Positions 26,522 through 39,655 are shown, counted from the whole stretch's first letter. The stretch: 63,853 nt of DNA, filler included, from Lama guanicoe (GCA_013239625.1; 209 parts of 209 records of this genome joined end to end with filler, not necessarily neighbours in it); one strand, 5' to 3'. The notes: a model not told the origin generated them from the sequence alone. Made by a program: numbers and translations.

Positions 26522-28457
26522 NNNNNNNNNNNNNNNNNNNNNNNNNNNNNNNNNNNNNNNNNNNNTTAATTAATTAANNNNNNNNNNNNNNNNNNNNNNN
26601 NNNNNNNNNNNNNNNNNNNNNGTGTGTGTGTGTGTTTATAGTGGAATACATTAAAAAAGGATAAAATAATGCTGTTTGCAGCAACAGGAATGCACCTGGA
26701 GATCATTCTATTAGAGAAAGAATGGAATTGTCATTAAATGAATAATTTCTGTTTTTATATCACTTTTGTTGACTTTGAAATGGCTTTTTCTGCTTGTGAG
26801 AATGTGAGGGTATGTGTGTCTGCGTCTNNNNNNNNNNNNNNNNNNNNNNNNNNNNNNNNNNNNNNNNNNNNTTAATTAATTAANNNNNNNNNNNNNNNNN
26901 NNNNNNNNNNNNNNNNNNNNNNNNNNNCTGACATGAGCTCGTTGGAGCAGACAAATTCCTAGAGACAGAAAGGACAGCGGCGGGTGTTGGGGAGCGGGGC
27001 GGGGTGGCGCTGTGTTTAATGCAGACAGAGTTTCAGGACTGCAAGACGAAAAAACGTTCTGGGAAAATGGTGCCGGGCACCACAACAGCAACAGAACTCT
27101 GCAGTCTTCTGGGGTTTGTTTTCTATCTTTTTTNNNNNNNNNNNNNNNNNNNNNNNNNNNNNNNNNNNNNNNNNNNNTTAATTAATTAANNNNNNNNNNN
27201 NNNNNNNNNNNNNNNNNNNNNNNNNNNNNNNNNATCCACACATCCCAGCCCACAGCGTCCTTCCCGAAGTCTACCCGCCCTTGACCCTGCTTCAGCAGCC
27301 CCGCCCACCCAGCCTAAGCCTCACCAGGTAGAGGGCTTTGGGCCTGGGGGAACAGAGCCCCTTCTGCCTGGGCCCCTGCCCGCTCTCCGCCTCCACCCGC
27401 ATGGGGTACTGCAGCCACTTTCCGTTGGCAATCTCGTGGNNNNNNNNNNNNNNNNNNNNNNNNNNNNNNNNNNNNNNNNNNNNTTAATTAATTAANNNNN
27501 NNNNNNNNNNNNNNNNNNNNNNNNNNNNNNNNNNNNNNNCCTTCATTTTTTGAAATAGTTGGGAGGAAAGTGGTTTTAGAGAAGGCATCCTGGTATTTTG
27601 TTCAAAGGGTATTTTTAAAATCATAGATTTTATTTAACTTATACTGATTGGTCTTTTCAAGTTTTCAGTTTTCTCTGTATTCAGTGTTGGCAAGCGGTAC
27701 ATTTCAAGAAATTTGTCCATTTCTTTAAGGTCGTCCAGTTGGTTGNNNNNNNNNNNNNNNNNNNNNNNNNNNNNNNNNNNNNNNNNNNNTTAATTAATTA
27801 ANNNNNNNNNNNNNNNNNNNNNNNNNNNNNNNNNNNNNNNNNNNNAGACTTTTTATTCTATTCAGGTGCCAGTGCTGTCAGCTCCAAGACTTCCTTCCTC
27901 AACTTCCCTTTCAGCGAGGTGTGGCTTTTTCTGACTAGGACGTAGCCAAATGAACTTGAGCAGAAGTGTGACGGACTCCCAGAAAAGCTCCTTAAATGGA
28001 TGTGACACCCTTCTGTCCTTTCCCGTTTCTTCCTTTGCCCACCTTAAACATNNNNNNNNNNNNNNNNNNNNNNNNNNNNNNNNNNNNNNNNNNNNTTAAT
28101 TAATTAANNNNNNNNNNNNNNNNNNNNNNNNNNNNNNNNNNNNNNNNNNNNGACAGGCTGTGCTGGGCATCACAGGACAATAATGGCTTCCTTGCCTTCA
28201 ACAACAAAAAGCCCGGGAAACTGATTCATCCTGAGTCCCAGTTGGGAACTGTGTGGGAGAAAAACTGAAAAAGTAAATGACCCTGCCAAGAAGAAAAGAA
28301 CCGGGCAAGAATCTGGCAAAGAAAGCTCTTCCCGGCTGCAGACCAGCAGAATCTGGANNNNNNNNNNNNNNNNNNNNNNNNNNNNNNNNNNNNNNNNNNN
28401 NTTAATTAATTAANNNNNNNNNNNNNNNNNNNNNNNNNNNNNNNNNNNNNNNNNNNN

Positions 28458-28663
28458 AGTCTCCCAAGGCAAGAAATAAAAGCACAAATAAACAGATGGG
28501 ACCCAAACAAACTTACAAGTTTTTGCACACACAGCAAAGCAAACCATAAAGAAAATGAAAAGACAAACTACAAAATTGAAGAAAATATTCACAATGTGAC
28601 CAAAAAGGGCTTAATTTCCAAAATTTACAGATAGCACATAAAGCTCAGTAACAACAACAACAA
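28458..28663 (+). mobile_element. LINE-1 ORF2 fragment
   Basis: aaataaacagatgggacccaaacaaacttacaagtttttgcac..agcaaagcaaaccataaa. Confidence 0.9.
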
Positions 28664-28832
28664 NNNNNNNNNNNNNNNNNNNNNNNNNNNNNNNNNNNNN
28701 NNNNNNNTTAATTAATTAANNNNNNNNNNNNNNNNNNNNNNNNNNNNNNNNNNNNNNNNNNNNTCCACCCCTTCCTCTGTGTACTTATACCCATGGCACT
28801 TATAATCCAGCAGTGGCTGCCTGAGTCACAGG

Positions 28833-28969
28833 CTGTCTTCCTCCGTTTGAGCTGCTATAACAAGTACCTTACACTGGGTGGCATATGAACAATAAAAATT
28901 TAATTCTGTCAGTTTTAAATCCTGAGATATCCAGGATCAAACTGCTTGCAAATTCCTGTCAGGTGAGGG
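28833..28969 (-). mobile_element. MaLR LTR (MLT1A-like)
   Basis: tgtctt..tccgtttgagctgctataacaagtacc..acactgggtggc. Confidence 0.75.
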
Positions 28970-29069
28970 NNNNNNNNNNNNNNNNNNNNNNNNNNNNNNN
29001 NNNNNNNNNNNNNTTAATTAATTAANNNNNNNNNNNNNNNNNNNNNNNNNNNNNNNNNNNNNNNNNNNN

Positions 29070-29275
29070 TTCCTGATTTTTCAGTTTTATTCAAATATTT
29101 AGGTATAAATAATTCAATATTAAAACAAGCAAATATATATTATTCATGAAGTATAACAGAATATTTGTGGGAATTTTTGAGCTATAACATCAACCTGCAG
29201 TCATGGGATTGTGGTGAGCTGTTTTCTGCTACACTTTGGAGTTCTCCTGGGGTTCTTGAGTCAACCTCCTTTGTC
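29070..29275 (+). repeat. Near-identical copy of contig 29988-30193
   Basis: 2 substitutions and 2 compensating 1-bp indels; 49 identical bases at each end. Confidence 0.97.
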
Positions 29276-29809
29276 NNNNNNNNNNNNNNNNNNNNNNNNN
29301 NNNNNNNNNNNNNNNNNNNTTAATTAATTAANNNNNNNNNNNNNNNNNNNNNNNNNNNNNNNNNNNNNNNNNNNNAACGAGTCACAAAAACTAAATAAAA
29401 TCCAAGATAATACAAAGGAAAATTTTCGAATCACAAAAGGAAGGAGAAAGGAACAAAGCGGAAATACCAAATCAGCTGCAAGAATAAGTCCAAAATGGCA
29501 ACAAACACACATGTATCATTAATTACTGTAAATGGTTTCAAAATTGTAGAATAGATAAACAAGATTACACTGTATAGCACANNNNNNNNNNNNNNNNNNN
29601 NNNNNNNNNNNNNNNNNNNNNNNNNTTAATTAATTAANNNNNNNNNNNNNNNNNNNNNNNNNNNNNNNNNNNNNNNNNNNNAAGTTGCCCTGAGCAGCGA
29701 CTGTGAAGGGGGTACCAGCTGACCCAGGGAACTGTCTGGGGTGCAGCCCTCTGCACAAGAAGAGGCCCACAGGGCTGAATCCCAGGGCTGGCCCTCAGCC
29801 CTGACTCAC

Positions 29810-29876
29810 CTGCAGCCAAAACCACAACCAGCACGCAGCACCTGAGCACAACGGGAACACACCCTGCAGACATCAT
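29810..29876 (-). CDS. Candidate signal-peptide first exon (MMSAGCVPVVLRCCVLVVVLAA, phase 1); gene unidentified
   Basis: ATG, a hydrophobic stretch ending in LAA, then a strong donor CAG|GTGAGT with GT at 29809. Confidence 0.5.
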
Positions 29877-29987
29877 CCCGGCACCTCNNNNNNNNNNNNN
29901 NNNNNNNNNNNNNNNNNNNNNNNNNNNNNNNTTAATTAATTAANNNNNNNNNNNNNNNNNNNNNNNNNNNNNNNNNNNNNNNNNNNN

Positions 29988-30193
29988 TTCCTGATTTTTC
30001 AGTTTTATTCAAATATTTAGGTATAAATAATTCAATGTTAAAACAAGCAAATATATATTATCATGAAGTATAACAGAATATTTGTGGGAATTTTTGAGCT
30101 ATAACATTCAACCTGCAGTCATGGGATTGTGGTGAGCTGTTTTGTGCTACACTTTGGAGTTCTCCTGGGGTTCTTGAGTCAACCTCCTTTGTC
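29988..30193 (+). repeat. Near-identical copy of contig 29070-29275
   Basis: Direct comparison. Confidence 0.97.
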
Positions 30194-31211
30194 NNNNNNN
30201 NNNNNNNNNNNNNNNNNNNNNNNNNNNNNNNNNNNNNTTAATTAATTAANNNNNNNNNNNNNNNNNNNNNNNNNNNNNNNNNNNNNNNNNNNNATTCCAC
30301 AAAGGGATTAACACCATCTGAAGCCCCAGCAGATGGTTTGAATACTTCAATGGACGTCAGAACAGGGCAGGATCTCTGTCCACTGACACCACGGCAGCAG
30401 GTCATTGTCCCAGGACTGAGAATTATAATCAAAGAGAAGAAAGAGGAATGGGGGAAAAAACCCTTAATTTTCTTTTAATTTAAACTTGAAATGACCTTCN
30501 NNNNNNNNNNNNNNNNNNNNNNNNNNNNNNNNNNNNNNNNNNNTTAATTAATTAANNNNNNNNNNNNNNNNNNNNNNNNNNNNNNNNNNNNNNNNNNNNC
30601 TATTGGGCAAGTTTCTTTCTCTGAGATATGTTCATACAACAAATAATGATAGATCAGCTCCTACACGCGGACCCTGGCCTGGGGGAGGGGGTAGGAAAAT
30701 GAATAAGAAGCCATCTCTGCTGTCAAAAGGTTCGCGAGCCAACGGGGGAGAGTGCCCTTGACCAGCGACTCCAGACCAGTGTGATGAACACACAAACTGG
30801 GACAANNNNNNNNNNNNNNNNNNNNNNNNNNNNNNNNNNNNNNNNNNNNTTAATTAATTAANNNNNNNNNNNNNNNNNNNNNNNNNNNNNNNNNNNNNNN
30901 NNNNNTCAGTGTTCACATTGGCTCCCATCCCCTTCCCAGCCTCCTTCCATGTAATCTGGGGCTGCCGTGGGGTCCCCTGGAAGGGGGAGTTACCTGTCCC
31001 TGGAGGCCTGCAGAAGACACTGGGCTGCTACTCTGTGCAGCGCTGATGGAAAGGCATGGGGGGCAGGGAAGCAGAGGATGTGGTCCCAGGGGTCAGCGTC
31101 AGGGAGATGCTNNNNNNNNNNNNNNNNNNNNNNNNNNNNNNNNNNNNNNNNNNNNTTAATTAATTAANNNNNNNNNNNNNNNNNNNNNNNNNNNNNNNNN
31201 NNNNNNNNNNN

Positions 31212-31417
31212 CCCAATAAACCATTGTAAGTTGAAAATATCGTAAGTCAAAAATGCATTTTGTACACAAACTTAGGCAACATCACAGTTTAGGCTTGCCT
31301 GGCCTCCTTTAACTGTGTACAACACTTACATTATCCTCCTATTGAGAAAAATCAACTAACATAAGGTTTATTTTATACTAAAGTGTTGAAAATCTCATGT
31401 AATTTATTGGGCACTGT
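31212..31417 (+). mobile_element. Tigger4 (Zombi)-like DNA transposon fragment
   Basis: cccaataaacc.ttgtaagttgaaaatatcgtaagtcaaaaatgcattt...aaagtgttgaaaatctcatgtaatttattg. Confidence 0.8.
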
Positions 31418-32741
31418 NNNNNNNNNNNNNNNNNNNNNNNNNNNNNNNNNNNNNNNNNNNNTTAATTAATTAANNNNNNNNNNNNNNNNNNNNNNNNNNN
31501 NNNNNNNNNNNNNNNNNTAAATGAAATACATTCACTTCTTTTTGGTAGAAAATAAGACATGCAATCGATTTGTTTGAAGACAGGGGTTTCTATAAAAAAT
31601 TTCTTCCTGAAAAAATCTCCTAGGTGTAGTGTAGACAATTCGCATAAAACCTAATCATCATCAAAAATGTCCTGGTGTAATAGAAAGGCTCAGCTTTTTT
31701 TAGTTTAGAAAGATATAGTTTCANNNNNNNNNNNNNNNNNNNNNNNNNNNNNNNNNNNNNNNNNNNNTTAATTAATTAANNNNNNNNNNNNNNNNNNNNN
31801 NNNNNNNNNNNNNNNNNNNNNNNCCAAAACAGCAAAAACCTAGAGCTTGAGAGGGGCACAGTGAACAGGACTCCTCCTCCCCATCCGAGTTCTGAACCAA
31901 ATGGGAAATAAGGCAGAAGGACAACCAAAGTATTATCTTAATTTACAATAATGCTGATTTTGGAGAATGTGACATATGTCTGGGGGCAAATGAGCTTTGT
32001 CAAACTGAAACATAGAATTAGACAACTATNNNNNNNNNNNNNNNNNNNNNNNNNNNNNNNNNNNNNNNNNNNNTTAATTAATTAANNNNNNNNNNNNNNN
32101 NNNNNNNNNNNNNNNNNNNNNNNNNNNNNAGGAAGAATCTTTTAAGTGTTAAGAGAGGATTAATTTTTTCTGGGGCCAATTTAAGAGCATTTCTATTGCA
32201 AATTTAGTTTTGAATTAGTGCCTTCTTAGCACAGCAGGCAGTGCGTCAGTCTCATAATTTTGAATTATAGAGTTATGTCAAGAAAAGTTTATGCATTTGA
32301 AAAAAAGAAGTTAATGCATTTCTGTACTTTCCCCANNNNNNNNNNNNNNNNNNNNNNNNNNNNNNNNNNNNNNNNNNNNTTAATTAATTAANNNNNNNNN
32401 NNNNNNNNNNNNNNNNNNNNNNNNNNNNNNNNNNNCAAGACATCTCTGTCGCACCGAGCACAGAGCTGAGAACTCAGGAGGTCCTCAATACATGCTAGTT
32501 AAGTCTAAGAGGGTGTAAACTCAGAACACGTGGCGTGTAAGCAGGGAGCAGCGAGGCTAGGGTGAACCGGAGGAGGCATTCAAATCAAATCATTTTTTTT
32601 GATAAACTGTGCAAGAAAACAATACTATAGTTGGTCTGCAANNNNNNNNNNNNNNNNNNNNNNNNNNNNNNNNNNNNNNNNNNNNTTAATTAATTAANNN
32701 NNNNNNNNNNNNNNNNNNNNNNNNNNNNNNNNNNNNNNNNN

Positions 32742-32947
32742 TCCAATTTCTTTGCATCTTTTCCAGTATTTAGTGTTGTCATTTTTTTTTTATTTTACCA
32801 TTCTGATAGGCAGGGAGTGGTATCTCACTGTGGTTTTAATTTGCCTTTCTCTAATGTCTAATTATATTGAACACCTTTGCTTATTGCTATCTGTATATCC
32901 TCTTTGATGAAATATTTTGACCATTTTCTAAGTGGATTGTTTATTAA
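32742..32947 (-). mobile_element. Old LINE-1 ORF2 3' fragment
   Basis: ccattctgatagg...agtggtatctcactgtggttttaatttgcctttctctaatg. Confidence 0.85.
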
Positions 32948-33705
32948 NNNNNNNNNNNNNNNNNNNNNNNNNNNNNNNNNNNNNNNNNNNNTTAATTAAT
33001 TAANNNNNNNNNNNNNNNNNNNNNNNNNNNNNNNNNNNNNNNNNNNNAAGAATTTGCTTTTTTTTCAATTGTAAAAATATGTAAACTCTCCCAATAAACT
33101 TCAGACAAGCAGTAGGCTTAGATGGTTTTTACCTGTGATGTTTACCATAGAGCCAACATACAGAACAGAATAAGCAAAGAAAGCATACTACTTAACTCAT
33201 CTGATGGGAGTAGTTAATTTTGAAACCAAAACTAGACAAAGAGAATATGAAAANNNNNNNNNNNNNNNNNNNNNNNNNNNNNNNNNNNNNNNNNNNNTTA
33301 ATTAATTAANNNNNNNNNNNNNNNNNNNNNNNNNNNNNNNNNNNNNNNNNNNNAATTTTTAAGAGAAAAGAGGACCAATCCAAATCAAAGGCAGCACAGC
33401 TCGGAACTGAATTAAGGGCATCATCTGAACACTATCAGCTTTCTTTCTGATTGTCTTCACGCAATGAGCAAAATGTTCTGTTGTAGAAAGAGCACCGGCA
33501 CGGGAATCACAGAAGGAGGCTCGATCCGTCATTAGCTGATTTCCACTGTGTCACTTTGANNNNNNNNNNNNNNNNNNNNNNNNNNNNNNNNNNNNNNNNN
33601 NNNTTAATTAATTAANNNNNNNNNNNNNNNNNNNNNNNNNNNNNNNNNNNNNNNNNNNNGTACAAACCATGGCTTGGGTCTTAGAAAGGTTTCCAAGAGC
33701 AACAG

Positions 33706-33865
33706 TGAAATAGATCAGGACCCTGGGGTCTTCCCAAGACAGAGTCCCTCCCACCCCCTGTCCCCCACCTGCCTCTTGCCTGTAGAAAAATTTTAGTCAA
33801 AGAATAAGTTCAATCAGAGAAATAAGAAAATATAGAACAAAAGGAAATAGTCAAGCAAAACAAAA
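33706..33865 (+). mobile_element. ERV LTR 5' start
   Basis: Begins TGaaatagatcaggaccctgggg and shares cctgcctcttg with the LTR start at 26316-26402. Confidence 0.6.
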
Positions 33866-36459
33866 NNNNNNNNNNNNNNNNNNNNNNNNNNNNNNNNNNN
33901 NNNNNNNNNTTAATTAATTAANNNNNNNNNNNNNNNNNNNNNNNNNNNNNNNNNNNNNNNNNNNNTCAATCCTCTAATATGGTGGCAGATACACCTCATC
34001 TGGGTTTTTTTTTAGTAACTGAGGCATAGTCAGTTACAATGTGTCAGTTTCTGGTGCACAGTGCAGTGTCCCAGCCGAGCACATACCAGCATCTCTACGT
34101 TTTGAATGTGTAATTTCCACCTGTTCAGCCCTCTCACTCCGACTGAGGGATTCTCTGCTGAATTTTTTTTTNNNNNNNNNNNNNNNNNNNNNNNNNNNNN
34201 NNNNNNNNNNNNNNNTTAATTAATTAANNNNNNNNNNNNNNNNNNNNNNNNNNNNNNNNNNNNNNNNNNNNATTATAGCAAAATTATTTGATGATGAAAG
34301 ATAGCAGGAGATGGTGGTTGAAGAGCAATGGGGAGAACCGGTAAAAACATCTCACTTGCTTTAGGAAAAGACTGAATGTCTTTTCTCTTTATCCATCTCA
34401 TCTGACTGATGTTGCTCAATACCTTGATTTTTTTTTTAGATTTTTAAAGAACACTTTTCCGTTAAGAGAGATCATCCNNNNNNNNNNNNNNNNNNNNNNN
34501 NNNNNNNNNNNNNNNNNNNNNTTAATTAATTAANNNNNNNNNNNNNNNNNNNNNNNNNNNNNNNNNNNNNNNNNNNNCAATATGCCTATAGTAATCAATT
34601 TACAAATATATCATTTAAATATAATTAATTTCCAGTAACAACAAAATGTATACAACAGCCAGGAATAGCTCTAGCGAGAAATATCAGATCTTTATGGATA
34701 TAATTATTCATAAATGAAATTATATCTGCACATAAATAAAGATAAATACATGAAGAGATAAATGATTTTCACTGATAGAAAAANNNNNNNNNNNNNNNNN
34801 NNNNNNNNNNNNNNNNNNNNNNNNNNNTTAATTAATTAANNNNNNNNNNNNNNNNNNNNNNNNNNNNNNNNNNNNNNNNNNNNGGTTGGTGGCAGGGGTG
34901 CCGCCGGAGGGGCTGCCAGGAGTGCGCCCTGAAGGCGCGGGCGGAGCCGTCCTGCTGGAGAAGCCTGCCGCCCTGCGTGGCTTTGGAATCGGGTCCAGTT
35001 GCTGGCACCTAACTTGCTGCTAAATCGAGGGGCACTGACAGTCACTGGGCCTCAGTTTGCTCATCCAGAGAGTGGGGGAATTCTAAAAANNNNNNNNNNN
35101 NNNNNNNNNNNNNNNNNNNNNNNNNNNNNNNNNTTAATTAATTAANNNNNNNNNNNNNNNNNNNNNNNNNNNNNNNNNNNNNNNNNNNNCATAGAATACA
35201 GACTTGTGGTTGCCAGGGGGGCAGGGGGTGGGAAGGGACAGACTGGAGGGAAGAATATTTTTAAAAACTCCTATTTGTACTTTAAATGGAATCTGAGGAA
35301 ACCTTATTTTATTATTTAAAAGGATGATATATATGTTTTTATTGACATAAATTTGTTAAATTATTCAATTATAAAGGAGGTAAAAGAGCATTAAANNNNN
35401 NNNNNNNNNNNNNNNNNNNNNNNNNNNNNNNNNNNNNNNTTAATTAATTAANNNNNNNNNNNNNNNNNNNNNNNNNNNNNNNNNNNNNNNNNNNNAATAT
35501 TGACCTATGATAAAGCCGTTTCAAAGTCTAAAGTCCTGCCCGCAATGGTCCATTGGGCGGGCTGGGATGACAAATGGCCTGAGAGCTGGGGTCACATAGG
35601 GCCTCTTATATCTGTTATAGAGGCGTATGGCAGGAAGGAGGTCCAAGGAAACGGGGTGAAGGGGAGCCGGGAGACAGTCCATCCAGACACTGTCGTGGGG
35701 TNNNNNNNNNNNNNNNNNNNNNNNNNNNNNNNNNNNNNNNNNNNNTTAATTAATTAANNNNNNNNNNNNNNNNNNNNNNNNNNNNNNNNNNNNNNNNNNN
35801 NTAGATGCTTCCTTCGCAGGCCCAGGAGCAGCTAAGGATTAGCTCCTGTCGGAATGAACCCACTTCCTTCTCCAGTTTGCTTTAGAGGTTCAGGAAGGTT
35901 TCCCTGCTGCTACTGGGTCTCCCCCTCGGGTCAGCGTTTCCCAGCGGTGACCCAGGCAGTTGTTCAGGAGCCCTGACCGTGTCGGGGGACAGGGTCTGCC
36001 CTGCAGCNNNNNNNNNNNNNNNNNNNNNNNNNNNNNNNNNNNNNNNNNNNNTTAATTAATTAANNNNNNNNNNNNNNNNNNNNNNNNNNNNNNNNNNNNN
36101 NNNNNNNAAGTGCAGACTGAATAAGTTTTTGTGGCATGAAGACAGATAAAAGGTACCATAAAAGCATCCCAAAGAAAGGGATGAGGCTTTGATTAAAAGT
36201 GAAAGTGTTTGTGTACTTGTGATGTGTGCAGATGTGTGGGGAGAGAGGGGAGGGAGAGATGGAGACAAAAGCTTAAGAACTAGGAAAGAAACTTAATTTT
36301 AAAAGGTATATTTNNNNNNNNNNNNNNNNNNNNNNNNNNNNNNNNNNNNNNNNNNNNTTAATTAATTAANNNNNNNNNNNNNNNNNNNNNNNNNNNNNNN
36401 NNNNNNNNNNNNNTTAGGCATTTGTTATAGTGACACCCCGCAATGTCGGATACCCAAAT

Positions 36460-36619
36460 CTGCGTGTTTGCCAAGGCTGCCAAAATCAAGGACCACAGAC
36501 AACCAGGTGGCTTAAGACATGGAAATTTATTTTCTCCTGGTTCTGAAGCTAGATGTTCACGATCAGGGCATCACATGGGTTGATTCCTTCCAAGGGGTCT
36601 CTCAGGACTTGCAAACTTG
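36460..36619 (-). mobile_element. MaLR LTR (MLT1B/C-like)
   Basis: tttgccaaggctgcc...ggtggcttaa.aca.ggaaatttattttctc..ggttctgaagctag. Confidence 0.7.
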
Positions 36620-37331
36620 NNNNNNNNNNNNNNNNNNNNNNNNNNNNNNNNNNNNNNNNNNNNTTAATTAATTAANNNNNNNNNNNNNNNNNNNNNNNNN
36701 NNNNNNNNNNNNNNNNNNNTATTCGCTGTCAGAGTTGCTGAAGGGCATCTTTGTCAGACAACGACCACAACTTCCTAGAGAAACAAGGACTCAAACCCAG
36801 GCCCGCCATAAACAATGACCCCGCCATCGTGTCACTGCCCAACTGGCTGCTTCGAGAAAGGAAAGTGGAGAAACATGCCCCGACCTGGTCAGTCCTTGTT
36901 ACGTAATAAAATACAGAATATACCANNNNNNNNNNNNNNNNNNNNNNNNNNNNNNNNNNNNNNNNNNNNTTAATTAATTAANNNNNNNNNNNNNNNNNNN
37001 NNNNNNNNNNNNNNNNNNNNNNNNNGTCAATTACACCTCAGTAAATCTGGGGGAAAAATTAAAAGTCCGTTAGCAGGCATTTAGGGTTTTCCTAGCCTTC
37101 TGCTATTCTAAACAGCACTACTAGTCAATCACACTGTACGTCGTTTTGCACAAGGATGAGTCTGCCTGTTACTTACATTTCTGGAGTGCAATTGTAGGCC
37201 CAACATATAAACAGCATGTATGATTCCGTCANNNNNNNNNNNNNNNNNNNNNNNNNNNNNNNNNNNNNNNNNNNNTTAATTAATTAANNNNNNNNNNNNN
37301 NNNNNNNNNNNNNNNNNNNNNNNNNNNNNNN

Positions 37332-37537
37332 CAGCCCCTTCCCCAGGGCAGTTGGAATGGTCCCACCTGTAGGTGTATGAAGCTACTGAGCCCATAAAAA
37401 CTGGCGACACCACGCTTGGTGCCCTTTTTTGCTCCCTCCTCTCCGGAGACGGCCCTCACTCTGTCTGTGGAGTTTGTACCTACTTTTACCTTAACCTGAG
37501 CACCCGATTCTCACACCTGTCTCCTTGCCTTTCTCTT
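37332..37537 (+). mobile_element. ERV LTR U3/R-like fragment
   Basis: TATA-like cccataaaaact followed by gagacggccctcactctgtctgtggagt. Confidence 0.45.
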
Positions 37538-38559
37538 NNNNNNNNNNNNNNNNNNNNNNNNNNNNNNNNNNNNNNNNNNNNTTAATTAATTAANNNNNNN
37601 NNNNNNNNNNNNNNNNNNNNNNNNNNNNNNNNNNNNNAGGGGTCTCTTTCCTCAGTACCTCTGGTCAGAAAGATTTCTTTCCCTGAGACTTTTAGCTTTC
37701 TTTGCTGTTGGGAAGTTCCTCGTGAGGTGGAGTTTCCCACTTTGCAGACAATCATTTAAATTCTGATTTTAGTCCTCAATCCACCTGCTTTTATTTTTTT
37801 TTTTAACTTTTCGGAGTCCTCAAGTAGTGCATTTTGCATTCTGNNNNNNNNNNNNNNNNNNNNNNNNNNNNNNNNNNNNNNNNNNNNTTAATTAATTAAN
37901 NNNNNNNNNNNNNNNNNNNNNNNNNNNNNNNNNNNNNNNNNNNGGACACATCAATAGATAGATAAACATAAGGACTCAAATATAGAGTCATACACGCACC
38001 CCTAGAGAAAGCCATGGTAATGTGAAATTTTGTAACTGGCACTGCGTACCTGGGCTTGCTAATTTTCAGCACCAAAATCTTTCCTAGATTTGCTAGTTAC
38101 CTGTATTTAACAAAGTCTAGAGGAAGATACTGACCTTAGACTGTAGGATNNNNNNNNNNNNNNNNNNNNNNNNNNNNNNNNNNNNNNNNNNNNTTAATTA
38201 ATTAANNNNNNNNNNNNNNNNNNNNNNNNNNNNNNNNNNNNNNNNNNNNAAAAAAAAAAAGTAAAATGATTATAAATCAATAAAAAATGTTAAAAAAATT
38301 TTAAAAAGGCTGAATTTTACTTGAAAAAAAGAAAGAACAAAGGAAGAATCCATGAAAACATGAAGCTGGTAAGAACTTTACTTTCTGAGACAAGCACTTT
38401 TACCAATTATTTAGATAACAAAGGACATCTGAATATGCAGGTTATTAGAAGTCAANNNNNNNNNNNNNNNNNNNNNNNNNNNNNNNNNNNNNNNNNNNNT
38501 TAATTAATTAANNNNNNNNNNNNNNNNNNNNNNNNNNNNNNNNNNNNNNNNNNNNATGG

Positions 38560-38761
38560 AGAGATTAGGGGTGCTTTTTTAGAGGAGGTCTTTCAAATGA
38601 AAGGGTAGTCTGAGGAAGGTGGGCAGGAGGCCACCACGTGGATATCGGTCTAGAGGAAGAGCCCAGGCTGCAGAGGAAATGGCAGAGGCCCGGGGGTGGG
38701 AGTTCCTGGGGTTGTCTGAGGACCAGGGTGCAGGGAGGCCGTGTGGCTGGCATGGCTGAGG
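38560..38761 (-). mobile_element. LINE-2 relic
   Basis: aggaggccaccacgtggatatc...gcagaggaaatggcagaggccc...agttcctggggttgtctgaggaccag..gaggccgtgtggctg. A similar relic is at 39780-39910. Confidence 0.6.
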
Positions 38762-39473
38762 NNNNNNNNNNNNNNNNNNNNNNNNNNNNNNNNNNNNNNN
38801 NNNNNTTAATTAATTAANNNNNNNNNNNNNNNNNNNNNNNNNNNNNNNNNNNNNNNNNNNNTCTAATTTTATACATGATCTCATTTTCATTCTTATGAGA
38901 TGATTTTCTATATTAGTCTCTTACAAATGGCTATCCTAAATGTTGACACCCTGAAAAATCCCTCACATTGGAAACTCCAAGTAAATACCAGCTTGCTCTG
39001 CTCATTAACTGCAGACACTAATATCTCTAAGTAGACCAAAACCACACTGGTAAAATAAACATTGCCCNNNNNNNNNNNNNNNNNNNNNNNNNNNNNNNNN
39101 NNNNNNNNNNNTTAATTAATTAANNNNNNNNNNNNNNNNNNNNNNNNNNNNNNNNNNNNNNNNNNNNACTGTCCTTTATGATTGGATTACTGTATTCTGT
39201 TGATTCTTACTTTGTGGTTGGCTTTATTCCTTTGATAACTAGGTAAGTTTAAGAAGCTAAGGCTCTAAACTGTTCCTAGAAACAATGAACAGTACATATA
39301 TGTAAATTTTAAAATAGTTTTATATCTCTCAATGAGTTGCTCTTCCTAGAATAAACTTTGTTTACCCCCCAAANNNNNNNNNNNNNNNNNNNNNNNNNNN
39401 NNNNNNNNNNNNNNNNNTTAATTAATTAANNNNNNNNNNNNNNNNNNNNNNNNNNNNNNNNNNNNNNNNNNNN

Positions 39474-39655
39474 ACCTTGTGCATACTAGGCACACATTCT
39501 ACCACTGAGCCATACCCTCCTCAATTTTTTTTTTTTGAGAGGAGATATTTAATATTGATTTATATATTTATTTATTTAATGGAGCTGCTGGGGATTGAAC
39601 CCAGGACCTACCTCGTGCATGCTGAGCATATGGCTCTACCACTGAGCTGTCCCCC
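39474..39655 (-). mobile_element. Two tandem tRNA-derived SINEs (Vic-1-like, camelid)
   Basis: Antisense B box ggggattgaacccaggacct and A box ctaccactgagc (twice), with a T-rich tail. Confidence 0.8.
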
